A stretch of 64,000 bases of DNA, taken from NCBI GenBank assembly GCA_965248695.1, contig CBDFKD010000002.1, positions 4,704,001 to 4,768,000 on the forward strand, read 5' to 3'. Of the stretch, positions 29,056-38,006 are shown in pieces; position 1 is the stretch's first letter, and the number at the start of each line of letters is the position of its first letter. Source of the stretch: Acidobacteriota bacterium. GTDB taxonomy: Bacteria; Acidobacteriota; UBA890; WLXD01. The notes beneath the pieces are model-generated. The model ran no database searches. It was not told where the DNA came from and saw nothing but the letters and a program-made list of their open reading frames with translations. The position numbers were made by a program, and so were the translations under genes.

Positions 29056-29904
29056 ATGAGAGATTCATGTGTGCTTGCCGCGAGCCTGGTCCTCGCCACC
29101 GCGATGCCGCTCCTGGCGCAGGACCAGCGGCGCCCGCGGTTGGATGTCAACACGCCCCGACCGATCGACGCGCTCGACACCGTGTGGATCGAAGACATGA
29201 CGTGGATGGAAGTGCGCGATGCGGTCGCTGACGGAAAGACAACGGTCATCCTGGCTGCGGGAAGCGTCGAACAGAACGGCCCTTACGTACCGGGTGCCAA
29301 GCACGACTATGTCCTGCGAGCAACGGCAGAACCGATCGCTCGCAAGCTGGGCAACGCCCTGATCGCTCCGACCGTTCGCTACGAGCCCGGCGATCCGGAG
29401 AATCCCCGCTATCCGGGCTCGATCCGGGTGCGCATGGAGACCTACAAGGCGATCCTGGCCGACGTGGCTACGAATCTGAAGCAGCAGGGCTTCCGCAACA
29501 TCATCTTGATCGGCGACAGCGGCGGCAACCAGCGCGGCTTGGAGGAAGTCGCCAACGAGCTGAACGCCACGTGGAACGGCAGCGAGACCGCAGTTCATTT
29601 CGTGCGCGAGTACTACGACAGCTGGTACGTGGCGGAAGACGCGGTCGAGCGGGTCGCCGGCCAGGCGGAAGTGCCGGAAGGTATCCACGACGACTACAGC
29701 GTTACTTCGATCATCATGACGGTGAACCCGGAGGCGGTGCGCTACGACCAGCGTGTCGCCGCTAACAAAGCGACCATCAACGGGATCAGCATCGTGCCGA
29801 AAGAGCGGGCGATCGCTCACGGTCGAAAGCTGGTCGAGATCCGCGTCGACGAGACCGTCGCGGCGATCCTGCGAATGGTTGGCGCAACCAGCACCAACGA
29901 GTAA
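29056..29904 (+). CDS. Secreted creatininase-family protein
   Basis: Signal peptide; EDMTWMEVRD, GSVEQNGP, GDSGGNQ; GGGAG upstream; TAATG coupling to the next gene. Confidence 0.85.
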   Translation: MRDSCVLAASLVLATAMPLLAQDQRRPRLDVNTPRPIDALDTVWIEDMTWMEVRDAVADGKTTVILAAGSVEQNGPYVPGAKHDYVLRATAEPIARKLGNALIAPTVRYEPGDPENPRYPGSIRVRMETYKAILADVATNLKQQGFRNIILIGDSGGNQRGLEEVANELNATWNGSETAVHFVREYYDSWYVAEDAVERVAGQAEVPEGIHDDYSVTSIIMTVNPEAVRYDQRVAANKATINGISIVPKERAIAHGRKLVEIRVDETVAAILRMVGATSTNE

Positions 29905-32369
29905 TGGCTCCGCGGGCAGTCGTCCTTGCCGCCGGATTTCTTTGCCTCGGCTTGGTGGCGCGAGCCGGCTCGGTAGCGAGCGTTGGCGCGCAGTCCATCG
30001 AGCCCACGGCGCAGGCGGCGGCGGACCCGAGCGCCGCGGCGCACAACGTCACGATCGGTCGCTACTGCGTTCGCTGCCACAACGACGACACCCTGAGAGG
30101 CGGCCTGACACTGGAGGGATTCGACATCACGGCTGCTGCTGACAGCCGGGAGGTGGCGGAGAAGATCATCCGCAAGCTGCAGGCCGGCATGATGCCGCCA
30201 CCGCTGTCGCGCCGGCCCGATCGCGACAGCGTGAACGCGATGACGGCGGCGCTGGCGTCACGCCTCGACGCTGCCGCCAATACCGACCCGCGCGCCGGCG
30301 GTCGGACCTTCCAGCGGCTCAACCGAGCCGAGTACGAGCGCTCCGTGCACGCCCTGTTGGGGATCGAGATCGACGCCAGTGCCTACCTCGCAGCGGACAC
30401 GATGAGCGCCGGGTTCGACAACATTGCCGATGTCCAGAGTGTTTCGACCACCGTAATGGAGGGCTACCTGAGCGCCGCCAGCGAGATCAGCAGGCTGGCG
30501 GTCGGCGACCCGAGCGCCAGCCCCGGAGAGACGAGCTATCGCCTCGACCGCTACGTGTCTCAGACGAAACGCGTCGAGGGTGCCCCGTTCGGCACCCGCG
30601 GCGGGCTGTCGGTCATCCACAACTTCCCAGCCGACGGGGAGTACGTCTTCACGCTGGCGTTCCAGGATGCGCCGGTTGCCCTGGTCTTCGGCAAGACCAC
30701 CTACCACGATGAGCAGATCGAGATCTCGATCGATGGGGAGCGGGCGGCGTTGCTGGACATCGATCGCCGCATGGACGCAGACAACGGGAGCCTCGAGACG
30801 GCCCCGATCGTCGTTCGAGGCGGGCCGCGGCGTCTCACGGCGGCGTTCCTGCGCAAGTTCGAAGGGCCGGTGGCCGACGTGCTCTCGCCGCACAAATGGA
30901 GCCTGGCCGACAAGGACACCGGCTTGGTATTCGGGCTCACCTCGCTGCCTCACCTACGGGTCCTGGCGGTGGCGGGGCCCTACAACGCCAGCGGCATGTC
31001 CGCCAACGCAATCCGCCAGCGTATCTTCAGCTGTCGACCGACAGCACCTGACGAGGAGGCCGCCTGCGCTCAGGAAATCATCGGCCGGCTTGCAGCCGAG
31101 GCGTACCGGCGGCCGCTGACCGACCGGGATTTCGCGCCGCTGAGGTCATTCTACGAGGCGGGCGCCGCCGAGGGCGGCTTCGAGGTCGGGATTCGCTCCG
31201 CTCTGGAGGCGATTCTGGCGAGCCTGCACTTCGTCTTCCGGATCGAGGAGCCGGCGGTGCAGAACGATCCCGGCGCCCTGGGCCACATGAGGCTCAGCGA
31301 CATCGCGCTGGCGAGCCGCCTCTCCTTCTTCCTGTGGTCGGCGCCACCGGATGTCGAGCTCAGCGACCTGGCACGAGAGGGGCGCCTCTCGGATCCTGCG
31401 GTGCTCGAGAGTCAGGTGCGCCGCATGCTCGGCGATCCTCGCTCCGAGGCCCTCGCCACCCGCTTTGCGGCGCAATGGCTGCAGCTGCGGGCGCAAGACC
31501 GTGTGCACCCGGACTCCTTGATGTTCCCGGACTACGATCAGCAGCTGGCCGACGCGATGCGCCGAGAGACCGAGCTGCTCTTCTACAGCCTGCTGCAGGA
31601 AGAGCGCAGCATCCTGGAGTTGCTGACGGCCGACTACACCTTCGTCAACCAGGCGCTGGCCGAGCACTACGGCATCCCGGGGGTTATCGGAGGGCACTTC
31701 CGCCGCGTGTCGTTGGACGGCAGCGAGCGCCGGGGCATCTTGGGCCATGGGAGCGTGCTGACGCTGACCTCACACGGCAACCGCACGTCGCCGGTGCTGC
31801 GCGGCAAATGGGTGATGGAGGTGCTACTCGGGAGCCCGCCACCGCCGCCCCCGGCTGATGTGCCGTCGCTGGACGAGACCGACGAGGCTGCCGACGGCCG
31901 CTTGCTGACGGTGAGCGAGCGGATGGAGCAGCACCGCCGGGATCCGGCCTGTGCGTCGTGCCACCGTGTCATCGATCCGATTGGCCTGGCGCTGGAGAAC
32001 TACGACGTTACCGGGGCCTGGCGTTTCAGGGACAATTGGGCCACCGTCGAAACGGTGGGTCAGCTGTACGACGGCAGCGCCATCGACGGTCCTGAGGATC
32101 TGCGGCAGGCGCTATTGCAGTACTCCGAGGCGCTGATCACGAGTTTCACGCAAAACTTGATGGCATATGGATTGGGTAGGCGCGTGGAGTACGCTGATAT
32201 GTCGGCGGTTCGCAGGATCGTCCATGCTGCGGCCGGCGACGGTGACAGGTTGTCTTCTCTGGTGCTGGGGGTGGTGAAGAGCGCCGCGTTCCAGAGCAAC
32301 GAGCAACTCCGTCGAGTCGAAGTCACGGATGGCGTCGCGGAGTCGATGAAGAGCGTCGAGGAGGACTGA
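29904..32369 (+). CDS. DUF1592/DUF1588/DUF1587/DUF1595/DUF1585 (PSD/PSCyt) c-type cytochrome protein
   Basis: Signal peptide; CVRCH and CASCH; RLNRAEY, LASRLSFFLWS, RTSPVLRGKWV, PPPPP. Confidence 0.92.
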   Translation: MAPRAVVLAAGFLCLGLVARAGSVASVGAQSIEPTAQAAADPSAAAHNVTIGRYCVRCHNDDTLRGGLTLEGFDITAAADSREVAEKIIRKLQAGMMPPPLSRRPDRDSVNAMTAALASRLDAAANTDPRAGGRTFQRLNRAEYERSVHALLGIEIDASAYLAADTMSAGFDNIADVQSVSTTVMEGYLSAASEISRLAVGDPSASPGETSYRLDRYVSQTKRVEGAPFGTRGGLSVIHNFPADGEYVFTLAFQDAPVALVFGKTTYHDEQIEISIDGERAALLDIDRRMDADNGSLETAPIVVRGGPRRLTAAFLRKFEGPVADVLSPHKWSLADKDTGLVFGLTSLPHLRVLAVAGPYNASGMSANAIRQRIFSCRPTAPDEEAACAQEIIGRLAAEAYRRPLTDRDFAPLRSFYEAGAAEGGFEVGIRSALEAILASLHFVFRIEEPAVQNDPGALGHMRLSDIALASRLSFFLWSAPPDVELSDLAREGRLSDPAVLESQVRRMLGDPRSEALATRFAAQWLQLRAQDRVHPDSLMFPDYDQQLADAMRRETELLFYSLLQEERSILELLTADYTFVNQALAEHYGIPGVIGGHFRRVSLDGSERRGILGHGSVLTLTSHGNRTSPVLRGKWVMEVLLGSPPPPPPADVPSLDETDEAADGRLLTVSERMEQHRRDPACASCHRVIDPIGLALENYDVTGAWRFRDNWATVETVGQLYDGSAIDGPEDLRQALLQYSEALITSFTQNLMAYGLGRRVEYADMSAVRRIVHAAAGDGDRLSSLVLGVVKSAAFQSNEQLRRVEVTDGVAESMKSVEED

Positions 32370-33754
32370 TGTACATCACAGGAAAGCGGATCCCGCGGCG
32401 CACCGTCCTGCGGGGGGTCGGTGCGGCGGTGGCGTTGCCGTTCCTGGACTCGATGGTCCCAGCGGGAACCGTTTGGGCGAAGGTCTCTGAGGAGCTCGAT
32501 CCGGTCCGCCTGATCTGCCTCGAGATGGTCCACGGCGCCGCCGGGAGCAGCAAGTACGGCGCCACCAAGAACTACTGGGCCCCGGCAGAGGAGGGCCGCG
32601 AGTTTGACTTGAGTCCCAGCGCGTTGAGATCGCTGGAGCCGTTCCGTGACCGGCTGACGATTGTCAGCAATACCGACATCGAACCGGCGGAAGCGGTCAT
32701 ACCCAAGGAGATCGGGGGCGACCACTACCGCTCGAGCGCTTGCTTCCTGACCCAGGCACACCCGCGCCAGACGGAAGGATCGGACGTCGAGGCCGGCACC
32801 TCGCTCGACCAACTGTACGCACAGCGCTTCGGCCAGGACACGCCGGTCCCGGCGATGCAGCTCTGCATCGAGAACGTCGACCAGGCGGGGTCCTGCACCT
32901 ACGGCTACGCCTGCGTCTATTCCGACACCATCAGCTGGGCCTCTTCGACCGAGCCGCTGCCGATGATCCGCGACCCGCGGGCGGTGTTCGACCGATTGTT
33001 CGGCGCCGGTGGGACGCCGGAGGAACGCGCCGCCCGGCGGCGCAGCAAGGCCAGCATCCTGGACTGGATCGCACAGGAGGCCGCCTACCTGAGGGCGGAG
33101 GTCGGACCCGAGGACCGCCGCCGATTGGACCGGTACCTGGAGAACGTGCGCGAGGTCGAGCGCCGCATCCAGAAGGTCGAGGAGCACAACACCAGCGGTG
33201 ATCTGCGGCAGCTCCCCGAAGCTCCGGCCGGAGTACCCGACTCCTTCGGCGATCACGTCCGGCTGATGTTCGACCTGCAGGCGTTGGCGTTCGCCGCCGA
33301 TGTCACGCGCGTGTTCTCGTTCAAGTTGGGGCGGGATGTCTCGGGTCGGATCTACCCCTCGAGCGGTGTGAACAAGCCGTTCCACCCGGCCTCGCATCAC
33401 GGCGATGTGGAGCAGAACATCGACGACTTCGCGCAGATCAACAACTACCACCTGAGCCTGGTTCCGTACCTGCTCGAGAAGCTGCAAGACCTGACGGAGG
33501 GCGACTCGAACCTGCTGGACAAGAGCATGGTGATCTACGGCTCCCCGATGGGAGATCCCAACGTGCACAACCACAAGCGCTGCCCGCTCTTCATCGTCGG
33601 CGGTGCCAAGGGTCGTCTCGAAGGGAACCTGCACCTGCGGGCGCCGGATGGAACTCCCATGGCCAACGTCATGCTCAGCCTGCTGCACACACTCGGGTTC
33701 GACGACATGCAGAGCTTCGGGAACAGCTCCGCGCCGTTCACATTGACTGGCTGA
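32369..33754 (+). CDS. DUF1552 (HXXSHH) protein
   Basis: IPRRTVLRGVGAAVALPFLDSM leader; HPASHH; GGDH; HNH; TGATG coupling. Confidence 0.92.
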   Translation: MYITGKRIPRRTVLRGVGAAVALPFLDSMVPAGTVWAKVSEELDPVRLICLEMVHGAAGSSKYGATKNYWAPAEEGREFDLSPSALRSLEPFRDRLTIVSNTDIEPAEAVIPKEIGGDHYRSSACFLTQAHPRQTEGSDVEAGTSLDQLYAQRFGQDTPVPAMQLCIENVDQAGSCTYGYACVYSDTISWASSTEPLPMIRDPRAVFDRLFGAGGTPEERAARRRSKASILDWIAQEAAYLRAEVGPEDRRRLDRYLENVREVERRIQKVEEHNTSGDLRQLPEAPAGVPDSFGDHVRLMFDLQALAFAADVTRVFSFKLGRDVSGRIYPSSGVNKPFHPASHHGDVEQNIDDFAQINNYHLSLVPYLLEKLQDLTEGDSNLLDKSMVIYGSPMGDPNVHNHKRCPLFIVGGAKGRLEGNLHLRAPDGTPMANVMLSLLHTLGFDDMQSFGNSSAPFTLTG

Positions 33755-33788
33755 GTTGCCTACCAGGCAGAAGGAGGAAAGCGGGACG

Positions 33789-35726
33789 ATGTCGCGATCC
33801 GCGCGAGCGGCCGCCGCCGACGCTCGCACCTGGTGCCTCGTCCTTTTGCTGGCCCTTGGGGCGCCCGCCCTGCTCGGGGCGAGTCCCGAGGACTCGTTTG
33901 TTGCCGACGCGGCCATGCGCGGCGACACGGAGACCGCCCGTTCCCTGCTGAGGAGCGGAGAGGACGTCAACGCCGCGCAGGCGGATGGCATGACGGCTCT
34001 CCACTGGGCCGCCGTCAACGACGAGGGCGAGCTCGCTGCGTTGCTCATCTACGCCGGTGCCAACCTGAAGGCGGGGACGCGGATCGGCAATTACTCGCCC
34101 CTCCATCTCGCCAGCCGCGCGGGCAGCGTCAAGGTGATGGCGACGTTGCTGCAAGCCGGCGCCGACCCGGACGCGCCGACGACCGCCGGCGGGGCCCGGC
34201 CGCTCCACTTCGCTGCCGGGATCGGTAGCACCGAGGCCATCGCGCTCTTGCTGCAGCATGGCTCCGACATCAACGCTACCGAAGACGCCTGGAGTCAGAC
34301 TCCACTGATGTTCGCCGCGGCCTCGGGTCGGGTCGATGCGGTGGACCTGCTGTTGCGGCACGGCGCTGACCCGGCGCTGACGAGCTCGGTCGTCGACATC
34401 GTCGAACGCGGCGCGTGGGATCGCGAGGAGATGCGTCGGCGCGCCCAGCAGAAGGCCGCGCTGCGCGCTCTCGAGGAAGAGGAAGAGGAGGAGCAGCCGG
34501 CGGCAGCCGAGGCCGAGGAAGGGGAGGAAGCCGAAGAGGGCGAGGAAGCGGAAGAGGGCGGGGAAGCGGGGGAGGCGACTCCCGTCAGTGAGACCCCCGA
34601 AAACCAGGAGACGGCGCAGGATGAGGAGGCCGTCGAGGGCGAGGAAGCGGAGGAGTCCGAGGAAGGCGTCGAGAGCGAGGGTGAGGGCAAAGGCGAGTCC
34701 GAGGAGGAAGGTAAGAAGGCGCCCATGGAGCGGCCGTCTTTCTTCGATCTCGTATTTGCTCATGGAGGATTGAGCGCGCTTCACTACGCCGCTCGCGAGG
34801 GCTACACGGATGCAGTTCTGGCGTTGCTGGAGGCCGGTGCCGATATCAACCAGGTGAGCGCCGGGGACCAGACCAGCCCGCTGTTGATCTCGATCTTGAA
34901 CGGCCACTTCGATCTGGCGCTGATCCTGTTGGAGGCCGGCGCCGATCCTCAGCGGGCGAGCGAGAACGGCGCGACGCCCCTCTTCCTGACGCTCAACACG
35001 CGCTGGATGCAGAAGTCGTCCTACCCGACGCAACAGGACGCCGCCATGCAGCAACAGGCAACGTATCTGGAGCTAATGGAGGCGTTGCTGGCCGCCGGCG
35101 CAGATCCCAACGTGCGACTGAAGAAACATCTCTGGTACAACGGCTTCAACTTCGATCTGCTGCCGGACGCAACCGGCGCTACGCCATTTTGGCGAGCCGC
35201 CTTTGCCCTTGACATCGACGCGATGAAGCTCCTGGTGGCCTACGGTGCTGACCCGGATGTCACGACGCTCAAGTTGCCGGAGCGCCGCCGCCGCCGGGGT
35301 CGCTCGCAACAAGAGGAGGACCTCTCGGGGCTGCCGCCTGTCGAGATCGGAGGCCCGGCAGCCTATCCGATCCATGCTGCGACGGGCCTGGCCTATGGCG
35401 AGGGATTCGCCGCCAACCAGCACCGCCACGTGCCGGACGGCTGGATGGCAGCGCTGACGTATCTGGTCGAAGATATCGGGGCCGACGTCAACGCCCGGGA
35501 CCACAACGGCTACGCACCGCTGCACAATGCGGCGGCGCGCGGCGACCTGGACATGGTGCGCTATCTCGTGTCGAAGGGCGCCGATGTCACCGCCGTGAGT
35601 CGCAAGGGACAGACCACAGCCGACATGGCGAATGGCCCAGTCCAGCGCATCCAGCCCTTTACCGAAACCTTGGCGCTGCTCGAGTCGCTGGGCGCAGAGA
35701 ACAACCACAACTGCATTTCTTGTTGA
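33789..35726 (+). CDS. Secreted ankyrin-repeat protein with acidic insert and terminal CxxC
   Basis: AAGGAGG upstream; signal peptide; DGMTALHWAA, YSPLHLA, TPLMFAA, SALHYAA, APLHNAA; ends NNHNCISC*. Confidence 0.92.
   Translation: MSRSARAAAADARTWCLVLLLALGAPALLGASPEDSFVADAAMRGDTETARSLLRSGEDVNAAQADGMTALHWAAVNDEGELAALLIYAGANLKAGTRIGNYSPLHLASRAGSVKVMATLLQAGADPDAPTTAGGARPLHFAAGIGSTEAIALLLQHGSDINATEDAWSQTPLMFAAASGRVDAVDLLLRHGADPALTSSVVDIVERGAWDREEMRRRAQQKAALRALEEEEEEEQPAAAEAEEGEEAEEGEEAEEGGEAGEATPVSETPENQETAQDEEAVEGEEAEESEEGVESEGEGKGESEEEGKKAPMERPSFFDLVFAHGGLSALHYAAREGYTDAVLALLEAGADINQVSAGDQTSPLLISILNGHFDLALILLEAGADPQRASENGATPLFLTLNTRWMQKSSYPTQQDAAMQQQATYLELMEALLAAGADPNVRLKKHLWYNGFNFDLLPDATGATPFWRAAFALDIDAMKLLVAYGADPDVTTLKLPERRRRRGRSQQEEDLSGLPPVEIGGPAAYPIHAATGLAYGEGFAANQHRHVPDGWMAALTYLVEDIGADVNARDHNGYAPLHNAAARGDLDMVRYLVSKGADVTAVSRKGQTTADMANGPVQRIQPFTETLALLESLGAENNHNCISC
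34512..34565 (+). repeat. 3 x 18-bp imperfect in-frame repeat (AEEGEE) inside a Glu-rich tract
   Basis: gccgaggaaggggaggaa / gccgaagagggcgaggaa / gcggaagagggcggggaa. Confidence 0.75.
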
Positions 35727-35780
35727 TGCTGGTCCACGGTTGCTGGCACTGAGGTGTGGGTGCCCCGCTACTCCGGAAGG

Positions 35781-36413
35781 CTATGGCTGTTCGGGCTGCA
35801 GATCCTTGCTGGCTAGCAGCGCCGCCGCGCCGATCATCATCGCGCCGCAGCCTCGGTTGATCCAGTCCGAGGAGAGCGTGCGGATGCCATGCGCCGCGTA
35901 CGCCGACAACCAGCCCCACCCAAGCAGGATGAACCCGTCGACGACCAGGTAGGTGCTGCCCAAGATAGCGAGCTGCGGGGCGGTAGCGAGTGACGGATCC
36001 AGAAACTGCGGAAACAGCGCGGCGAAGAACACCACCGCGAAGGGATTGGCGCTCGAGGTAATGAACCCCTGGCGGAACAGCTGCCAGCCGGATTTCGACT
36101 CAACGGGAGGAGCTGTTGCGGTCTCGCCCGATGAGAGCATCAGTCGCAGGCCGATCCAGGCTAGATACGCGACTCCGGCCCACTTGATCATCTGGAAGGT
36201 CTGCGCGGATGTCGCAATGGTCGCTGCAAGTCCGAATGCTGCGGCCGTCATTTGAACGCAGTTTGCGGTCAGATCGCCGACGATCGTCCAACAGCTGCGG
36301 CGTAATCCGTGTCGGGCGCTGTTGGAGATGACCAGGAGCTGGCTGGTATCGGGGGGCGTGGCGAAGAACACGAACACGGCGGCGAGATAGAGCCAGTAGG
36401 TCTCCCAGAGCAT
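35781..36413 (-). CDS. LysE/RhtB family amino-acid exporter
   Basis: TPPDTSQLL, KWAGVAYLAWIG, GFITSSANP, FFAALFPQF; GGAGA upstream. Confidence 0.92.
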   Translation of the reverse strand: MLWETYWLYLAAVFVFFATPPDTSQLLVISNSARHGLRRSCWTIVGDLTANCVQMTAAAFGLAATIATSAQTFQMIKWAGVAYLAWIGLRLMLSSGETATAPPVESKSGWQLFRQGFITSSANPFAVVFFAALFPQFLDPSLATAPQLAILGSTYLVVDGFILLGWGWLSAYAAHGIRTLSSDWINRGCGAMMIGAAALLASKDLQPEQP

Positions 36414-36444
36414 GGTGTCTCCTAGACTGAACGATTCTTCGACT

Positions 36445-37128
36445 CTAAAACAGGGAGCGGATCAGGTCCTCTTGAAAATCCGATCCGGGTGCCAGGTAAC
36501 CACCCAGCACGGCGCGACGATGCTCGGAACCCTCCTGTCGGCGGTCGATCAGGACGCTCCCGTCCAGCGCCTGTATGACCACGTGGAGCGTGTCGCCCCG
36601 GATGCGGTACCAGGTAGTGTCGCCATCCCTGATGCCGCGATCGCGGATCGGCTCGTACTGAGTCTCGATTTTGACGAGCAGGCTCCGATGTTCCTCGGCG
36701 GAGAGGAGGCCGGCGTCCCGAGCAGTTTCCAGGTTCTCGCGGATGCCGTCCAGTAGCTGCTCGAGGCTGATATTGCGGAGGAAGCTGCTCCGAACCAGCA
36801 CGTTTCGGGATTCGATGGCGGCGCTTGCGACTGACTCAGCCAGCCCGCCACTCCACTCTCGGCCCTCGATCAATCGCTCCAGCTCGCTGGCAGTTTGCTC
36901 TCCGAACCGCAGTGTCAGGCGCAGGACGTCCACTTGGAAGATCGTTCGCTCGTACAGCATTTCCATCGAGGCGAACGGACCGGTGGCCAGTCCGTCGCCG
37001 TCCACCGGAATCGAGGCGGCGAGCTCGTCCTGCGCCCGGACGGCAGGAGCGGCCCCTGGCACAGCGAACACGAGCGTCAGCGCCAGCAGTGCGATCTCGA
37101 GGCGGGCAATGAGTCGGCCGTGATGCAC
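36445..37128 (-). CDS. Secreted hypothetical protein, possible chalcone-isomerase-like fold
   Basis: Signal peptide ending AVRA-QD; FLRNISLEQLLDGIRENL..IRDGD..RRAVLGGYL..LIRSLF resembles bacterial CHI-like proteins (by eye). Start approximate. Confidence 0.6.
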   Translation of the reverse strand: MHHGRLIARLEIALLALTLVFAVPGAAPAVRAQDELAASIPVDGDGLATGPFASMEMLYERTIFQVDVLRLTLRFGEQTASELERLIEGREWSGGLAESVASAAIESRNVLVRSSFLRNISLEQLLDGIRENLETARDAGLLSAEEHRSLLVKIETQYEPIRDRGIRDGDTTWYRIRGDTLHVVIQALDGSVLIDRRQEGSEHRRAVLGGYLAPGSDFQEDLIRSLF

Positions 37129-37216
37129 GTGGTCCCAAACAGTTCCCGGTAGAAGTGGTCGCGCTGATCGTGGTGGGCAGGCCACCGCCCGCGGTACCTG
37201 TTGGCCAGGCACGACT

Positions 37217-37260
37217 ACGGGCGCCGCATTTTCCAAGGGTAACCGCAGCGCGGCGCCCGT
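37217..37260. repeat. Perfect 11-bp inverted repeat in a divergent promoter region
   Basis: ACGGGCGCCGC-22 nt-GCGGCGCCCGT. Confidence 0.7.
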
Positions 37261-37304
37261 GTCCGGTTGCAATAACCCGAAGTGCCGCGCTGTAGAGTCT
37301 TGGA

Positions 37305-38006
37305 GTGCTCGCACTCCGTAGTCGCGCAATCGTGCCAGAGGTCATGGATCAGCCTGGCCTCGACGCGGATGTCCATCGGCACGCCCTCGTGGGCCTGACC
37401 AGAGTGAATCGGCTCTCGCGGGTGTCCTCGACGATCTGGCGGGGGGTGTTCTCGGCGCTCGACACCTCGCCCACGCTCAGCGTGCTCGATCTCGGCTGCG
37501 CCTCGGGCGATGTTGCGCTGGGGCTGTATCAACGTGCCTCGGCCGCTGGCGTTCAGCTTCGTATCGAAGGTTGGGACATCAGCCCGCGGGCGGTCGATCG
37601 GGCACGACGCGCGGCGGAGCGAATGCGTGTTCCGGCGCGCTTTCGCGTACGTGATGTCCTCGTCGACGAGTTGCCGGGTGGATACGATGTGATCATGAGC
37701 AACTTGCTGATCCACCATCTCCACGACTCCGACGCCGCGCGACTGCTCGAGCGCATGGGTGCCGCTGCGGGTCGACTCGTGGTGATCGACGATCTCGTCC
37801 GCGGAGCCACGGGATACCTCCTGGCATTCGTGGGGACGCGCATGCTGAGCAGGTCGAGCGTCGTACACACCGACGGCCCGCGCTCCGTACGCGCCGCGTT
37901 CACGCCGGCCGAGGTGGCCGCGATGGCTCGTTCGGTGGGTCTGCGGCATGTTCGCACCCGTCGACACTGGCCGTGCCGATATCTGTTGCTGGCCGAGCCC
38001 CGATGA
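37305..38006 (+). CDS. SAM-dependent methyltransferase (type III PKS-associated)
   Basis: PEVMDQP, VLDLGCASGD, NLLIHHL, DGPRSVRAAFT. Confidence 0.9.
   Translation: MLALRSRAIVPEVMDQPGLDADVHRHALVGLTRVNRLSRVSSTIWRGVFSALDTSPTLSVLDLGCASGDVALGLYQRASAAGVQLRIEGWDISPRAVDRARRAAERMRVPARFRVRDVLVDELPGGYDVIMSNLLIHHLHDSDAARLLERMGAAAGRLVVIDDLVRGATGYLLAFVGTRMLSRSSVVHTDGPRSVRAAFTPAEVAAMARSVGLRHVRTRRHWPCRYLLLAEPR

Noticed and set aside
32060-34048. 662-aa minus-strand ORF, and similar ones at 22567..24207, 33738..35054, 44059..45501, 55063..56361 and 62395..63891
   Set aside because: Each mirrors a well-supported gene on the other strand and has no recognisable domain.
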